DNA from: Ignavibacteriales bacterium
GTDB lineage: Bacteria; Bacteroidota; Ignavibacteria; UBA10030; UBA6906
Length of the DNA: 64,000 bases
Direction of reading: 5' to 3'
Assembly (NCBI GenBank): GCA_037441705.1
Contig: JBBIRR010000001.1
Span: 160,001 to 224,000 of the forward strand
Shown here piece after piece: positions 27,984-37,981 of this stretch (positions within the stretch are counted from its first letter, which is position 1; each line of letters opens with the position of its first letter). The notes beneath the pieces were generated by a model that saw only the letters and a list, made by a program, of their open reading frames with translations, ran no database searches and was not told the DNA's origin. The translations under genes were made by a program, and so were the position numbers.

Positions 27984-30868
27984 CGACATCCGCGAGTATT
28001 GATCTTCAGGGCAACATCAGCTTCGATTCTTCGCACCGGTCTGTGTATGCACCGGACATCGGTGTGGAAGAACGCTATCGCATCATCACGGAATTACTGA
28101 CCGACATCATCTGCGAGACCGACCCGAACGGTATCGCGACGTACGTGAGTCCATCGTGTCAAAAGGTTCTCGGCTACTCGCCCGATCAGTTGGTAGGCCG
28201 CTCGATCTTCGACCTGATTCATCCCGATGATGTTGCCGAAGCACTCATCGTGTTCCACACGGCGATCAGCGATCGAAGCGAGGGCCGGGCCGAGGTTCGG
28301 TATCGCACCGCCGATGGTCGGTACATCTGGATGGAAGCAGTCGGACGAGCCATCTGTGAGTGGGACGGCACTGTCCGCGGCGCGATCATTATATGCCGGG
28401 ACATCACCAGACGAGTTGAACAGCAGCGTGAACTGCGCGTCCAGAACGCGCTCCGTCAGGCTGCGCTTAACAGCACCGAGAACGGATTGTTTGCAATCGA
28501 TGGCGAGTATCGGTACACCCTGTTCAATCGCCATCACGCGGAACGCATGAAGCGCTTGTTCGGCATCGAGATCCAGCCCGGCAAGAGCATTGTCGAAGCC
28601 TTCAACACTCATCCGCAGCGGGATGAGATCAAGGCGTTCCTCGACCGCCTGCTGCAGGGTGAGCAAGCAGAGCCGCATCTGTGGTCCTTCGACACGGCTG
28701 AAGGGGGAGAGTACTACTGTGAAGCCTCCGGCAATCCCATCCGCAACGGACGCGGGGGCGTTGTGGGCGCTGTTGTCGTAACCAGAGACGTTACCCATCA
28801 GCATAAAGCGGAGGTACGCCGCCAGGAGCAACTGCTCTTTCTGAACACGCTGCTTGACGGCATTCCCGCTCCTGTTTTCTACAAGGACTGTCAGGGAAGG
28901 TTCCTGGGAATGAACAGAAGCTTCGAGCAGTTCTTTGCCATCGCGAAAGAGAGTCTCATCGGCAAGACGGTGTACGATCTTCTGCACGACGAACTCGCCC
29001 ACGTAATCAGCCAGCATAACCGGCAGGTTCTCTCGACCGAACAACCGCTTGTCTATCCGACAACGGTTTACAACGCAGCCGGCCAACTGCGTCAAGTGCT
29101 TGTTCATCTGGCTCCCTTCAAGGATCGGTCAGGGGCGATTGCCGGTGTGGTGGGGGTGGTTCTGGACGTAACGGAGTTGCGGGAGACGCAACAGCAGCTC
29201 CGCGGATCACTGGAAGAGAAAGAGGTGTTGGTGCGTGAGCTGAAGCTGCAGCAGGCATTCTTCAAACAACTGTTCCAGGCATCCCCCGAGGCGGTTGCCA
29301 TCCTTGATGCTGACGGCGTGATCATAGATGTCAACGCGGCGTTCGAGCAGCTGTTCCAGTTCACAGCCGATGAAGCTCGGGGGAAAGTCTTCCGGGAGCT
29401 TATCGTGCCCGACGAACAACGGGCCGACGCAGCAGCACAGTGGAATCCCCAAGAAGCTACCGATCTTCTCCGAACGGAAACCATCCGCATGCGTAAGGAC
29501 GGTAGTCGCTTCCCGGTCGCCATCAGTGCGTCATCAATCATGCTGGACCAAAGTCGGTTGGGGGTGTGTGCTGTGTATCAGGACCTCACCCAAAGGAAGG
29601 AAGCAGAGGCACAACTTCGGCAGCTTTCGCGTGCCGTCGAGCAAAGCCCGGCTTCGATCATCATCACCGACACGACCGGAGCCATTGAATACGTCAACCC
29701 AAGATTCTGTGCACAAACCGGCTACGCACTCGAGGAGGTACTCGGCAAGAATCCGCGCATCCTCAAATCCGGGCTGACGCCGCCGGAGGTGTATCGAGAC
29801 CTGTGGCAAACGATCACGTCGGGCAGAGAGTGGATTGGAGAGCTTCACAACAAGACAAAAACCGGGGAGCTCTTCTGGGAACTCGCACATATCTCACCCA
29901 TCATGGATGAGAACGGTACCATCACCCACTACCTTGCCGTGAAGGAAGACATCACCGAGCGGAAGGGCATCGACTCGCTGCGTTCTCATCTGGAGGAACA
30001 GTTGCGCGCACGGAACGCCGAGCTGGAGCAGTCGATCGCGCAGATAAAAAAAATGCAGTCGGGCCTCATCCAGTCGGAAAAGATGGCGTCGCTGGGCTTG
30101 CTGACCGCCGGCATCGCGCACGAAATCAACAACCCGCTGGCCTACATTTCCAGCAACCTGAATCGGTTTGCCGAGTACTTCAATGACTCCGTTGCGCTGC
30201 TCGAGCGATGGAAGAAGTTCGCCGACGATGCTCGCCTCCAGGAAACACACGGTGCGGCGATCGCCGAACTGCAAGCTGAAGAAGAGCAGGTTGATCTTCC
30301 CTTCATCACAACCGATTTCACAAACCTGATGCAGCATGCCCGCGAGGGAATCGATCGCATCCGCTCCATCGTGGATCAACTACGCGGCTTCTCGCACGTG
30401 AGCAGCGAGGTGACGGATGACGTCTCGGTGGAGCGCGCCCTGGACGACACGGTGATCCTTGCCTGGAACGAGATCAAGTACAAGGCCACGATGGTTCGGG
30501 AATACGGCAACATCCCGCCGGTACGCTGCAGCGCGGGCGAGCTGAAACAGGTGTTCGTCAACCTGCTGGTGAATGCGGCCCACGCGATTGAGAAGAACGG
30601 GACCATCACGCTGCGAACGGCCACACGCGACGGACAGGCCGTGATCGAAATCGAAGACACCGGATGCGGCATTCCGCCGGAACATCTCAAGAAAATTTTC
30701 GATCCCTTCTTCACCACAAAAGCCGTCGGGAAAGGGACGGGCCTTGGCCTGTGGATTTCCGCAACCATCATCAACAAATATGGCGGAACGATCAACGTCG
30801 AGAGTCGCGTCGGTGTCGGATCGAAGTTCATCATCACCCTCCCCCTCGCTGCGGAGGCAAAAGGCTGA
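27980..30868 (+). CDS. Cytoplasmic multi-PAS histidine kinase (NtrB type)
   Basis: Five PAS domains; QSEKMASLG.LTAGIAHEINNP, QVFVNLLVNA, DTGCGIP, FDPFFTTK.VGKGTGLGL. Confidence 0.94.
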   Translation: MTTSASIDLQGNISFDSSHRSVYAPDIGVEERYRIITELLTDIICETDPNGIATYVSPSCQKVLGYSPDQLVGRSIFDLIHPDDVAEALIVFHTAISDRSEGRAEVRYRTADGRYIWMEAVGRAICEWDGTVRGAIIICRDITRRVEQQRELRVQNALRQAALNSTENGLFAIDGEYRYTLFNRHHAERMKRLFGIEIQPGKSIVEAFNTHPQRDEIKAFLDRLLQGEQAEPHLWSFDTAEGGEYYCEASGNPIRNGRGGVVGAVVVTRDVTHQHKAEVRRQEQLLFLNTLLDGIPAPVFYKDCQGRFLGMNRSFEQFFAIAKESLIGKTVYDLLHDELAHVISQHNRQVLSTEQPLVYPTTVYNAAGQLRQVLVHLAPFKDRSGAIAGVVGVVLDVTELRETQQQLRGSLEEKEVLVRELKLQQAFFKQLFQASPEAVAILDADGVIIDVNAAFEQLFQFTADEARGKVFRELIVPDEQRADAAAQWNPQEATDLLRTETIRMRKDGSRFPVAISASSIMLDQSRLGVCAVYQDLTQRKEAEAQLRQLSRAVEQSPASIIITDTTGAIEYVNPRFCAQTGYALEEVLGKNPRILKSGLTPPEVYRDLWQTITSGREWIGELHNKTKTGELFWELAHISPIMDENGTITHYLAVKEDITERKGIDSLRSHLEEQLRARNAELEQSIAQIKKMQSGLIQSEKMASLGLLTAGIAHEINNPLAYISSNLNRFAEYFNDSVALLERWKKFADDARLQETHGAAIAELQAEEEQVDLPFITTDFTNLMQHAREGIDRIRSIVDQLRGFSHVSSEVTDDVSVERALDDTVILAWNEIKYKATMVREYGNIPPVRCSAGELKQVFVNLLVNAAHAIEKNGTITLRTATRDGQAVIEIEDTGCGIPPEHLKKIFDPFFTTKAVGKGTGLGLWISATIINKYGGTINVESRVGVGSKFIITLPLAAEAKG

Positions 30869-30877
30869 GCAGGTGAC

Positions 30878-32062
30878 ATGATTGCGGTCGATGAACATAA
30901 GAGGGCACAGGAGTCGGTTGCGTCGTCGTCCATCGTCGTGGTGGATGACGAGCCGGCGATTCTTGCGTCGCTCACAAGTTTGCTGCGCCGTCAACGCTTT
31001 GCCGTCCACGGATTTGAGGCAGGAACGGAAGCCCTCGAGTTTCTTCGCAACAATCCGGTGAGTCTGATCCTCAGCGACATGAAGATGCCGGAGATGAACG
31101 GGTGCGAGGTACTTCAGAAAGCTGTGCAGCTCAATCCGGACTCTGTACGCATCCTGATGAGCGGGCATGAGAGTAAAGAGGAGATTCTGGCTGCGATCAG
31201 CGACGGCATCGCCCAATTTTACATCATCAAACCGTGGGACGACGAGGCGCTGCGCGAGACCATGGGTGAAGCCATCCGCCTGCAGCAGGAGCTGAAGGCC
31301 CTGCGTCTCAAGGAAGTGCTGAAGTCGCTGAACGCGCTTCCGTCACCCTCGCGATTTCAGACGGGGCTCTGGCAGCTTCTGGCCAAGCCCGAGAAACCCA
31401 TCCATGAACTCGCCGAAGAGATCGAGCGCAGTCCTGCGCTTGTAGCGAAGCTCCTGCGCGTCGCGAACTCGGTTTTCTTCGGGGCACGGCAGAAAGTCAC
31501 AACCGTCCTCGATGCCCTTCGCCTCGTCGGGACGCAGTACGTCGTCTCCATGGCCATTTCGATCGAATCGCTGAACGCCGCGACGGGGGGGATGTCTGCC
31601 GACACTGCCGCTCGTGTCGAGAAGATTTGGGAGCGCAGCCTGCGGAAGACACATCTGGCAAAGCAGATTGCCTCGCGCTGGCAGAACTTCCAGCAGATGC
31701 ATGCCCTGACGATCGCGTCGTTGCTGCAGGACATTGGCATAATCATCCTGATGTGTTATCGTCCCGAGGAGTATCGTCGGTATCAATCTCTGCTGGACAC
31801 CAAGGGGGCGACGCCGTACGCACTGCAGCGCGAGGTCTTCGGCATTACGCACGAGAAGTTGGGCGAAGCAGTGCTTGAGTACTGGAACTTTCCCAAAGAA
31901 ATCAGCGCCGCTGTGGGACGACACCATGGTCCGACGGAGAACGATACGATCGCTGTAATCCTTCAACTCACCAACATCCTCGACGACGAAAATGATGCGC
32001 GTCCCTACGACGAATCCATCCTGCCGTTGGTCGGGGAGTGGAGCAATATCACCGGAACATAA
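30878..32062 (+). CDS. Response regulator with HDOD domain
   Basis: VVDDEP, LSDMKMPEMNG, KPW; HDOD LP.PS, PALVAKLLRVANS.FFG, LLQDIG, H..LG..VL..WNFP. Confidence 0.9.
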   Translation: MIAVDEHKRAQESVASSSIVVVDDEPAILASLTSLLRRQRFAVHGFEAGTEALEFLRNNPVSLILSDMKMPEMNGCEVLQKAVQLNPDSVRILMSGHESKEEILAAISDGIAQFYIIKPWDDEALRETMGEAIRLQQELKALRLKEVLKSLNALPSPSRFQTGLWQLLAKPEKPIHELAEEIERSPALVAKLLRVANSVFFGARQKVTTVLDALRLVGTQYVVSMAISIESLNAATGGMSADTAARVEKIWERSLRKTHLAKQIASRWQNFQQMHALTIASLLQDIGIIILMCYRPEEYRRYQSLLDTKGATPYALQREVFGITHEKLGEAVLEYWNFPKEISAAVGRHHGPTENDTIAVILQLTNILDDENDARPYDESILPLVGEWSNITGT

Positions 32063-32087
32063 TTCGTGAACTAATGATGATTGCCCT

Positions 32088-33305
32088 ATGAGTACACCAT
32101 TTACGCCCAACCGAAAAGTCCTCTACGTTGACGACGAAGCGAATCTACTGACGTCGTTCATGTCGCTGATGCGGAAGGAACGTGTTCAGGTGAGCGTCCT
32201 CCAGCAATCGGAGCGGATCGAGAGCGTCCTGCAGGAGCAGGGGCCTTTCGCCGTCGTCTTTTCCGATCAACGTATGCCGGCGATGGATGGTGTGGCGGTG
32301 CTCGAAACGGTGATGCGTCTGCATCCGGCAACCATCCGCGTGCTGATTACGGGTCATGCAGATTACGCAGACACGGTACGCGCCATCAACCTCGGCGGCA
32401 TCAGTCACTTTATTTCCAAGCCGTGGAAAGACGATGCTTTGCGCAAGCTCGTCGGGGATTGCATTCAGCGATACAACATGGCCGAAGAGAACAAGTACCT
32501 CTTCGGTGAGCTGCAGCAAGCCAACGCCCATCTGAAGGAGTTGTTGGAGGGAACGGTGGTGGGTGCGGTGCACATCCTGAGCGATATTCTCACCTATCTC
32601 AATCCCGCTGCTGCCGCGCAGGTTGATCGCGTGCGCAAGTTAGGCCTGGCGTATTTGAACATGACGCCCGAGATTCACGGACAGGAACGATGGGAAATCG
32701 AGCGGGCGTTGGACCTGTTTAACCTCGGCATGGCATTGCTTCCGTCATGGCTGCAAGCGTCGCTCAACAAGGGGAATGCTGCGCTCCACGCCGATTCTCC
32801 TGTTCTGCAGAAGCAGCATCTTGTCGCGGCCGGATTATTGAAAGACATCCCACGTCTGGAAGGCGTTGCGCGCATCATCGCCCTGCAGACAAAGAACTTC
32901 GACGGCTCCGGCGAACCCGCCAACGAAAACATCAGCGGCAAGGACATCCCGCTGGGCGCGCGGCTGCTGCACATCCTCATCGACCTCGACAAAGCACAGA
33001 TCGAAAAAGGCCACGGCCGGCTTGCCCTCGAGCGCATGGCAACACAGCCTGCAAAGTACGACGTGGACATCATCGCTCGAATGGTGGGAGCTCAATCCCG
33101 ACCAGCAGACCAAAGCGAACGGCTGTTGCCGCTGCACGAGCTACGCCCCGGGATGATTCTGCTGGACGACATCATCACCGAAACGGGTCAACTGCTGCTG
33201 AAAGCCGACTTCGTGCTGACCGACGTCGCCCTGAAGATTCTGCGTCAGTGGCACATGAACGATCCTATCGTTCACAAATTCCGCGTGAAGGCGGCTGCGT
33301 ATTAG
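32088..33305 (+). CDS. Response regulator with degenerate HD-GYP domain
   Basis: VLYVDDE, SDQRMP.MDG, KPW; HD-GYP-like region with LFNLG in place of LHDIG and QTKNFDGSGEP in place of HHERxDGxGYP, then IPLGARLL. Confidence 0.85.
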   Translation: MSTPFTPNRKVLYVDDEANLLTSFMSLMRKERVQVSVLQQSERIESVLQEQGPFAVVFSDQRMPAMDGVAVLETVMRLHPATIRVLITGHADYADTVRAINLGGISHFISKPWKDDALRKLVGDCIQRYNMAEENKYLFGELQQANAHLKELLEGTVVGAVHILSDILTYLNPAAAAQVDRVRKLGLAYLNMTPEIHGQERWEIERALDLFNLGMALLPSWLQASLNKGNAALHADSPVLQKQHLVAAGLLKDIPRLEGVARIIALQTKNFDGSGEPANENISGKDIPLGARLLHILIDLDKAQIEKGHGRLALERMATQPAKYDVDIIARMVGAQSRPADQSERLLPLHELRPGMILLDDIITETGQLLLKADFVLTDVALKILRQWHMNDPIVHKFRVKAAAY

Positions 33306-33409
33306 TATCGAGAAATCGCGGCAGCGTTTGCACTTCCCGAAAATTCTTCGTACTAATTGGCCAGACATCCATCCAGCAATTGTGTGTTTGAGTGAAGGAG
33401 GACTTGCCA

Positions 33410-33652
33410 ATGCGGATTGCGTGTCCGAAGTGCGCGTGGGAGCCGAGCGCAGGAGACCAGTGGCGATGTGCACCCGGCTGCGATTATGTCTGGAATACAT
33501 TCGAGACGATGGGACGATGCCCGCAGTGCGGCAAACAGTGGCGCGAAACCTGTTGCCTCGAGTGTAAGCGGTGGAGCCCACACCTCGACTGGTATCACGA
33601 TCTGCCCGATGTGCTCGATGAGGTGGAAGACGCCGTCAACGCTCCCGCCTGA
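33410..33652 (+). CDS. Small cysteine-rich (zinc-ribbon-like) hypothetical protein
   Basis: GGAGG RBS; CPKC, C..GC, WNTF.T.GRCPQC, CLEC..WSPH..WY. Confidence 0.7.
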   Translation: MRIACPKCAWEPSAGDQWRCAPGCDYVWNTFETMGRCPQCGKQWRETCCLECKRWSPHLDWYHDLPDVLDEVEDAVNAPA

Positions 33653-33654
33653 CG

Positions 33655-34227
33655 TTACTCCAGCTTCAGCTTTTTCAGCTTCGGTTTGATCACGAACTGG
33701 CAGTACGGCTGGAAGGCGTTGTTGTTGTAATAGTTGTGGTGATAATCTTCGGCAACGTAGAACTTTGTCAGCGGCGCAATCTCGGTGACGATCGGCCGGT
33801 CGAAATGTTTCTGCGCTTCCTTCAACGACTTCTGCGCCGCCGCTTTCTGTTGCTCGTTGTGGTAGAAGATCACCGAGCGGTACTGTGTTCCGACGTCATT
33901 TCCCTGCCGGTTACGCGTGGTGGGATCGTGTGCCTCCCAGAAAATCTCGAGCAGCCGCTCGTAGCTGACCTTCGATGGGTCGAACGTAATCTGCGCAACT
34001 TCGGCATGCCCGGTGGTGCCGGTGCAGACTTCCTGATAGGTCGGATTATCCTTTGTGCCTCCGGCATAGCCGGGCACAACGGATGTGACGCCCGTGATGC
34101 GCTGGAACACAGCCTCGACACACCAGAAACATCCCGCGCCGAATGTTGCTTTTTCCTCGTGAACCATCTTGTCCCCTTTCTGTCCTACGCCCGGCATAAG
34201 CATGAGCAACGTCATGAATGTCATCAT
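33655..34227 (-). CDS. msrA: Peptide methionine sulfoxide reductase A
   Basis: GAGCFWC, GYAGG, PTY..VC.G.TGHAE, HDPTT.NRQGND.GTQYRS, AEDYH..YY, PYC; short hydrophobic N-terminal leader. Confidence 0.96.
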   Translation of the reverse strand: MMTFMTLLMLMPGVGQKGDKMVHEEKATFGAGCFWCVEAVFQRITGVTSVVPGYAGGTKDNPTYQEVCTGTTGHAEVAQITFDPSKVSYERLLEIFWEAHDPTTRNRQGNDVGTQYRSVIFYHNEQQKAAAQKSLKEAQKHFDRPIVTEIAPLTKFYVAEDYHHNYYNNNAFQPYCQFVIKPKLKKLKLE

Positions 34228-34299
34228 CGCGGACCCTCCTTCCCTTAAACAAACACATTTGCCATCACAGAATGTTCACGCGCCGATCACGGAAGGAGT

Positions 34300-35061
34300 T
34301 CATCGCACTCTCCCGATGAACACATCCGGTTCCCTCCGTCCCGCCTCGAACAGCTTCACCAGCACAAGACCGACTAGGAAGCCGCCGATGTGCGCAGCAT
34401 ACGCAACCCCGCCGCCTTGCGAACCGAGCGAGCCAACGCCGCTCGCCAGCTGAAACACAAACCACAGCCCGATTGCCATGAGGGAAGGAACTTCTGTGAG
34501 CATGTTGAACATGATGACGCGAACGCGTTTGCCGGGAAAGAGAATAAGATAGGCGCCGAGCACGCCCGAGATTGCTCCGGAGGCACCGAGGCTCGGAATG
34601 TACGGGTTACCTCCGAAGATGAAGGTCGAAGACACGTGGGCGAGAGAAGCAAGTACCCCGGCGACAAGATAGAAGATAAGATATCGCAGATGGCCGAGCC
34701 GATCTTCGATGTTATCGCCAAAGATCCAGAGGTAGAGCATGTTACCGCCGAGATGCGCAAAGCCTCCGTGCATGAACATGGACGTCAGCAGCGTGAGATA
34801 AACGGAAATGGGGGTCGGCTGGAGGCCCGGAATGTCGAAGATGCGTCCCGTGCGCGGATCCCGTGCCATACGATCTTCCGTAACCACGTCCGCGCCCGTG
34901 GCAATCTCTTCGGGCACGGTGGAGAACGCCATCGTGAACCTGTCGTTGGAGCCTAACCCTTGCAGGAAGACGAACACGATAACATTCAATGCGATGAGCG
35001 CATAGTTGACCAGCGGTGTCGTTGTCCGATCCGTGTTGTCATCACCGAGGGGAAGTATCAT
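34300..35061 (-). CDS. Rhomboid-family intramembrane serine protease
   Basis: SMFMHGG.AH..GNM.YL.IFGDN.ED, GASGAISG, VAY.AHIGGF. Confidence 0.95.
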   Translation of the reverse strand: MILPLGDDNTDRTTTPLVNYALIALNVIVFVFLQGLGSNDRFTMAFSTVPEEIATGADVVTEDRMARDPRTGRIFDIPGLQPTPISVYLTLLTSMFMHGGFAHLGGNMLYLWIFGDNIEDRLGHLRYLIFYLVAGVLASLAHVSSTFIFGGNPYIPSLGASGAISGVLGAYLILFPGKRVRVIMFNMLTEVPSLMAIGLWFVFQLASGVGSLGSQGGGVAYAAHIGGFLVGLVLVKLFEAGRREPDVFIGRVR

Positions 35062-35164
35062 CGAATTGGCCTTTCAGGTTTCTCATGCACGACGAGGATT
35101 CCACCGACAACTTACTCAACCCACACATGACAAGCAAGACGAGACAAATGAAGAGCCGGCAGGG

Positions 35165-35434
35165 TTAGATGACGACCGTTGTTGCCGGGTGCTTATTGAG
35201 CGCGTGATAGATACCCACCCGATCATCGTCATTGTGGACGACGACGAGTACCTTGAGCGAGATGTATCTGCCGTGCGCGCTTGTGTTGGAGAGCGTGACG
35301 GTGTGACTTCTCTCCTGAACGATTTCGCGTACGGCGGCTCGCAGTTCCAGTTCGCTCCGCCCGATGACCACGTAGGGCCATTCACAGGGGTATGAAAGCT
35401 TCAATCGTGGTTGCATTCCGGAATCTCTCATCAA
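35165..35434 (-). CDS. DUF493 (YbeD/HP0495-like) protein
   Basis: YPCEW.Y.VIG, S.TS..GRY.S, IY.AL..HP...VVI. Confidence 0.8.
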   Translation of the reverse strand: MMRDSGMQPRLKLSYPCEWPYVVIGRSELELRAAVREIVQERSHTVTLSNTSAHGRYISLKVLVVVHNDDDRVGIYHALNKHPATTVVI

Positions 35435-36912
35435 TCCATCCTCTCATAGTTATCGGCTGCGCCGTAGAGTTGATTGAGCGGCACCTGCCGAATGGTGCGG
35501 AGGTTCTGCGGATTGGAAATGTAGCGGAGAATGATTTTGTAGCTGTCGTAGTCGAATCGCGGCGTCCGCCTGAACAATTCGGTCTGGCCGAACTCGTTGA
35601 ACGTAAAGCTCGACAGCAGACACCAGTTGTCGATCACAAATGCCTGTCCTTCATTGGTTACCGGATTACGCTCCTCGATAATGATCCCCCCATTGAAGGG
35701 CCACGCTTTGATGCGGCGCGACGCAAACGCCTCCTCGACCCGCCGATTGTACGTGGCGGCTTCCTCCTCTCCCACACAGGCGCCGCTGCACTGATGAAGA
35801 TGATAGGCAAAACAGTAGGAGTGTGTCCGTTCCAAACCCAACAGCTTGTGGCAGAGGCGGTATTCCTTTGCAGAGGCGGCAAGGTATTCTTTTGCTTGCT
35901 TGATGCTCTTGAAGATTCCCATGATGGGCGCTTCGAGGTCAATGGCAATTTCGTGCACCTTTTCTAACTCGATGCGGGCGTACCCGTTGGGAGAGAGGAC
36001 GCGGCGCGCAAGCACAATGTCGCGATGGCTGCGCGAGGCAACGTTGTACACGGGACGCAGTTCCTTGATCAATTGCGACTCCAGCAGCAGCGCGCCTAAC
36101 TCGCCGCTCGTCTTTCGTGCCTCGATGCGTGCCACCTGCTGCGCCATCTCCATCTCGCGAGAGGAGCGATGATCGCCGGAGAAATGCGACATGACGCGGT
36201 CGCGAATGCAGACACTCTTGCCCACGTAGAGCAGTTCGTTCGCCTTGCCGTAAAAGAGATAAACACCCGGTGTCTCCGGCAACTCCTCGATCACTTCCTT
36301 ATCCAGATGCGCCGGCAGGCTGGACGTTTTGAGGATGGCATTCACGGCGTTCGTGAACAGCTCTCGCGACGTCTCACGTTCGAGCGCGCACAACACCTCC
36401 AGCAGCGCGCGTGCATCCCCCAATGCACGATGACGATCCCGGCAGACAATCTGATGCCGCTGCAGCATGCTGTCGAGATCGTGATGCCGATAGGCGGGAA
36501 AGAGTTTCTTCGAGAGCTTGACCGTACAGAGGCAGCGCGCGGAAAACTCTCGCCCCAACCGCCTGAACTCATTCTTGATAAACCCATAATCAAACCGGGC
36601 GTTGTGTGCGACGAAAAGTGCGCCAGCCAGCATCGTGAACAGCTCGCGGGCAATGGAGTGAAACATCGGCGCGTGGTACACATCCTCGTTGGTGATGCCG
36701 GTGAGCTGCTCGATTTCATGCGGGATGAACCGGTCGGGATTTACCAACGAGTGAAATTCCTTCACCACTCGTCCTCGCTCAAGACGAATCACGGCGACGT
36801 CAATGATGCGGCCGTACATCGCATTGCCGCCGGTCGTCTCGATATCCACAACAGCGAGCGGCCGATCATCGAGAAAGCGGAGGCGGGGTTCGAGGGTTGA
36901 GGTCAGCGTCAT
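35431..36912 (-). CDS. DEDDh 3'-5' exonuclease (DnaQ-like) fused to a UvrC/Cho-like GIY-YIG nuclease
   Basis: VVDIETTG, AHNARFDYGF, HRALGDA; LPETPGVY.F...LLYVGKS...RDRV.SHF, GELGALLLES.LIK.L.P.YN. Confidence 0.92.
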   Translation of the reverse strand: MTLTSTLEPRLRFLDDRPLAVVDIETTGGNAMYGRIIDVAVIRLERGRVVKEFHSLVNPDRFIPHEIEQLTGITNEDVYHAPMFHSIARELFTMLAGALFVAHNARFDYGFIKNEFRRLGREFSARCLCTVKLSKKLFPAYRHHDLDSMLQRHQIVCRDRHRALGDARALLEVLCALERETSRELFTNAVNAILKTSSLPAHLDKEVIEELPETPGVYLFYGKANELLYVGKSVCIRDRVMSHFSGDHRSSREMEMAQQVARIEARKTSGELGALLLESQLIKELRPVYNVASRSHRDIVLARRVLSPNGYARIELEKVHEIAIDLEAPIMGIFKSIKQAKEYLAASAKEYRLCHKLLGLERTHSYCFAYHLHQCSGACVGEEEAATYNRRVEEAFASRRIKAWPFNGGIIIEERNPVTNEGQAFVIDNWCLLSSFTFNEFGQTELFRRTPRFDYDSYKIILRYISNPQNLRTIRQVPLNQLYGAADNYERMD

Positions 36913-37892
36913 GACTTCTTCATGAACCGGACGACATGCTTCGGATACGGAATCGCCGCGGCGCCCCCGCGCTTGCGTGCAGTGAGCGCGCCGACGGCGT
37001 TTGCAAAACGACAAATGGACGTAAGCTCTTCCTCCGTCAGGTTACCGGCCGCGCGCCCCGTCGCTGCAATGCCGTGCAGCAGGGCGGCAAAGAAGGCATC
37101 GCCGCAGCCCGTCGTGTCCACGGCTTTGACCTTGAAGCCGCGCACGAAGGCCCGCACCGAAGCGGTTTGAACATAGCTTCCCTTCGCACCGAGCGTGATC
37201 GCAACGAGGTGAGGACCCGATGCACGCAGCTTTCTCGCCGCGCGGTCAAGGTCTGCTTCTCCCGTCAGGAAATTGGCTTCGTCGGCATTGAGTCGCAAGA
37301 TGGATGCACGGCGTGCCATGAGAGACAACACGCGCCGGGCTTCGGCAGCGGATTTCCAGAGCGAGAGTCGAACGTTTGCATCGAACGCAACAACCCCGCC
37401 GATGTCTCTCACCCTCTCTGCAATCTCGAAGGCCGTGGAGCGTGCCGGTTCCTTCATGAACAAAAGCGGCGCGATGTTGACGATGCACGAAGCTGCAACT
37501 GCATTGAAGTCGATGTCGGCGGTTAGAAGCTGCTCTCCGGCCGGCTCCTTCTCCCAGAATTCGAAATCTCTCTCCCCATCGCTTGAGAGTGATACAAACG
37601 CGAGGCGCGTCTTGTGCCTCTTGTCGAACACGATGCCGCGGGTGTCGACGCCGTTCTTCGACAACTCTTCCACCAAAAACGTTCCGAACGCATCCGCGCC
37701 CACCCTTCCCACAAAGCGAACGGGCGAGCCGAGCCGGGCAAGTCCGACGGCAACATTGGCACCTTCACCGCCGAGGGCTTTCACGAATCCTCGGACGTGA
37801 GACAGCGGACCCGGCGAAGTGGCAACCAAATCCACCAACGCTTCGCCGATGCAGGTAATGGTAGGAGAGTTGGCTTTCACGGTTACCAACAT
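36909..37892 (-). CDS. PfkB-family carbohydrate kinase (fructokinase-like)
   Basis: IGEALVD, GG.GANVAVGLARLG, VGADAFG, FDANVR..LW, DTTGCGDAF. Confidence 0.92.
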   Translation of the reverse strand: MLVTVKANSPTITCIGEALVDLVATSPGPLSHVRGFVKALGGEGANVAVGLARLGSPVRFVGRVGADAFGTFLVEELSKNGVDTRGIVFDKRHKTRLAFVSLSSDGERDFEFWEKEPAGEQLLTADIDFNAVAASCIVNIAPLLFMKEPARSTAFEIAERVRDIGGVVAFDANVRLSLWKSAAEARRVLSLMARRASILRLNADEANFLTGEADLDRAARKLRASGPHLVAITLGAKGSYVQTASVRAFVRGFKVKAVDTTGCGDAFFAALLHGIAATGRAAGNLTEEELTSICRFANAVGALTARKRGGAAAIPYPKHVVRFMKKS

Positions 37893-37981
37893 ACAACAGC
37901 GCAATCGTTTAATCAAGAGTTCTCTTGACTTTCTTACCCGATTCAGTAAGATTAGAGTCGGCATCATGACCAGAGGTCGCA

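Noticed and set aside
35431-36912. Exonuclease-GIY-YIG fusion as a novel defence nuclease
   Set aside because: A known, widespread DnaQ-like/UvrC-like fusion in a housekeeping context; no defence genes nearby.
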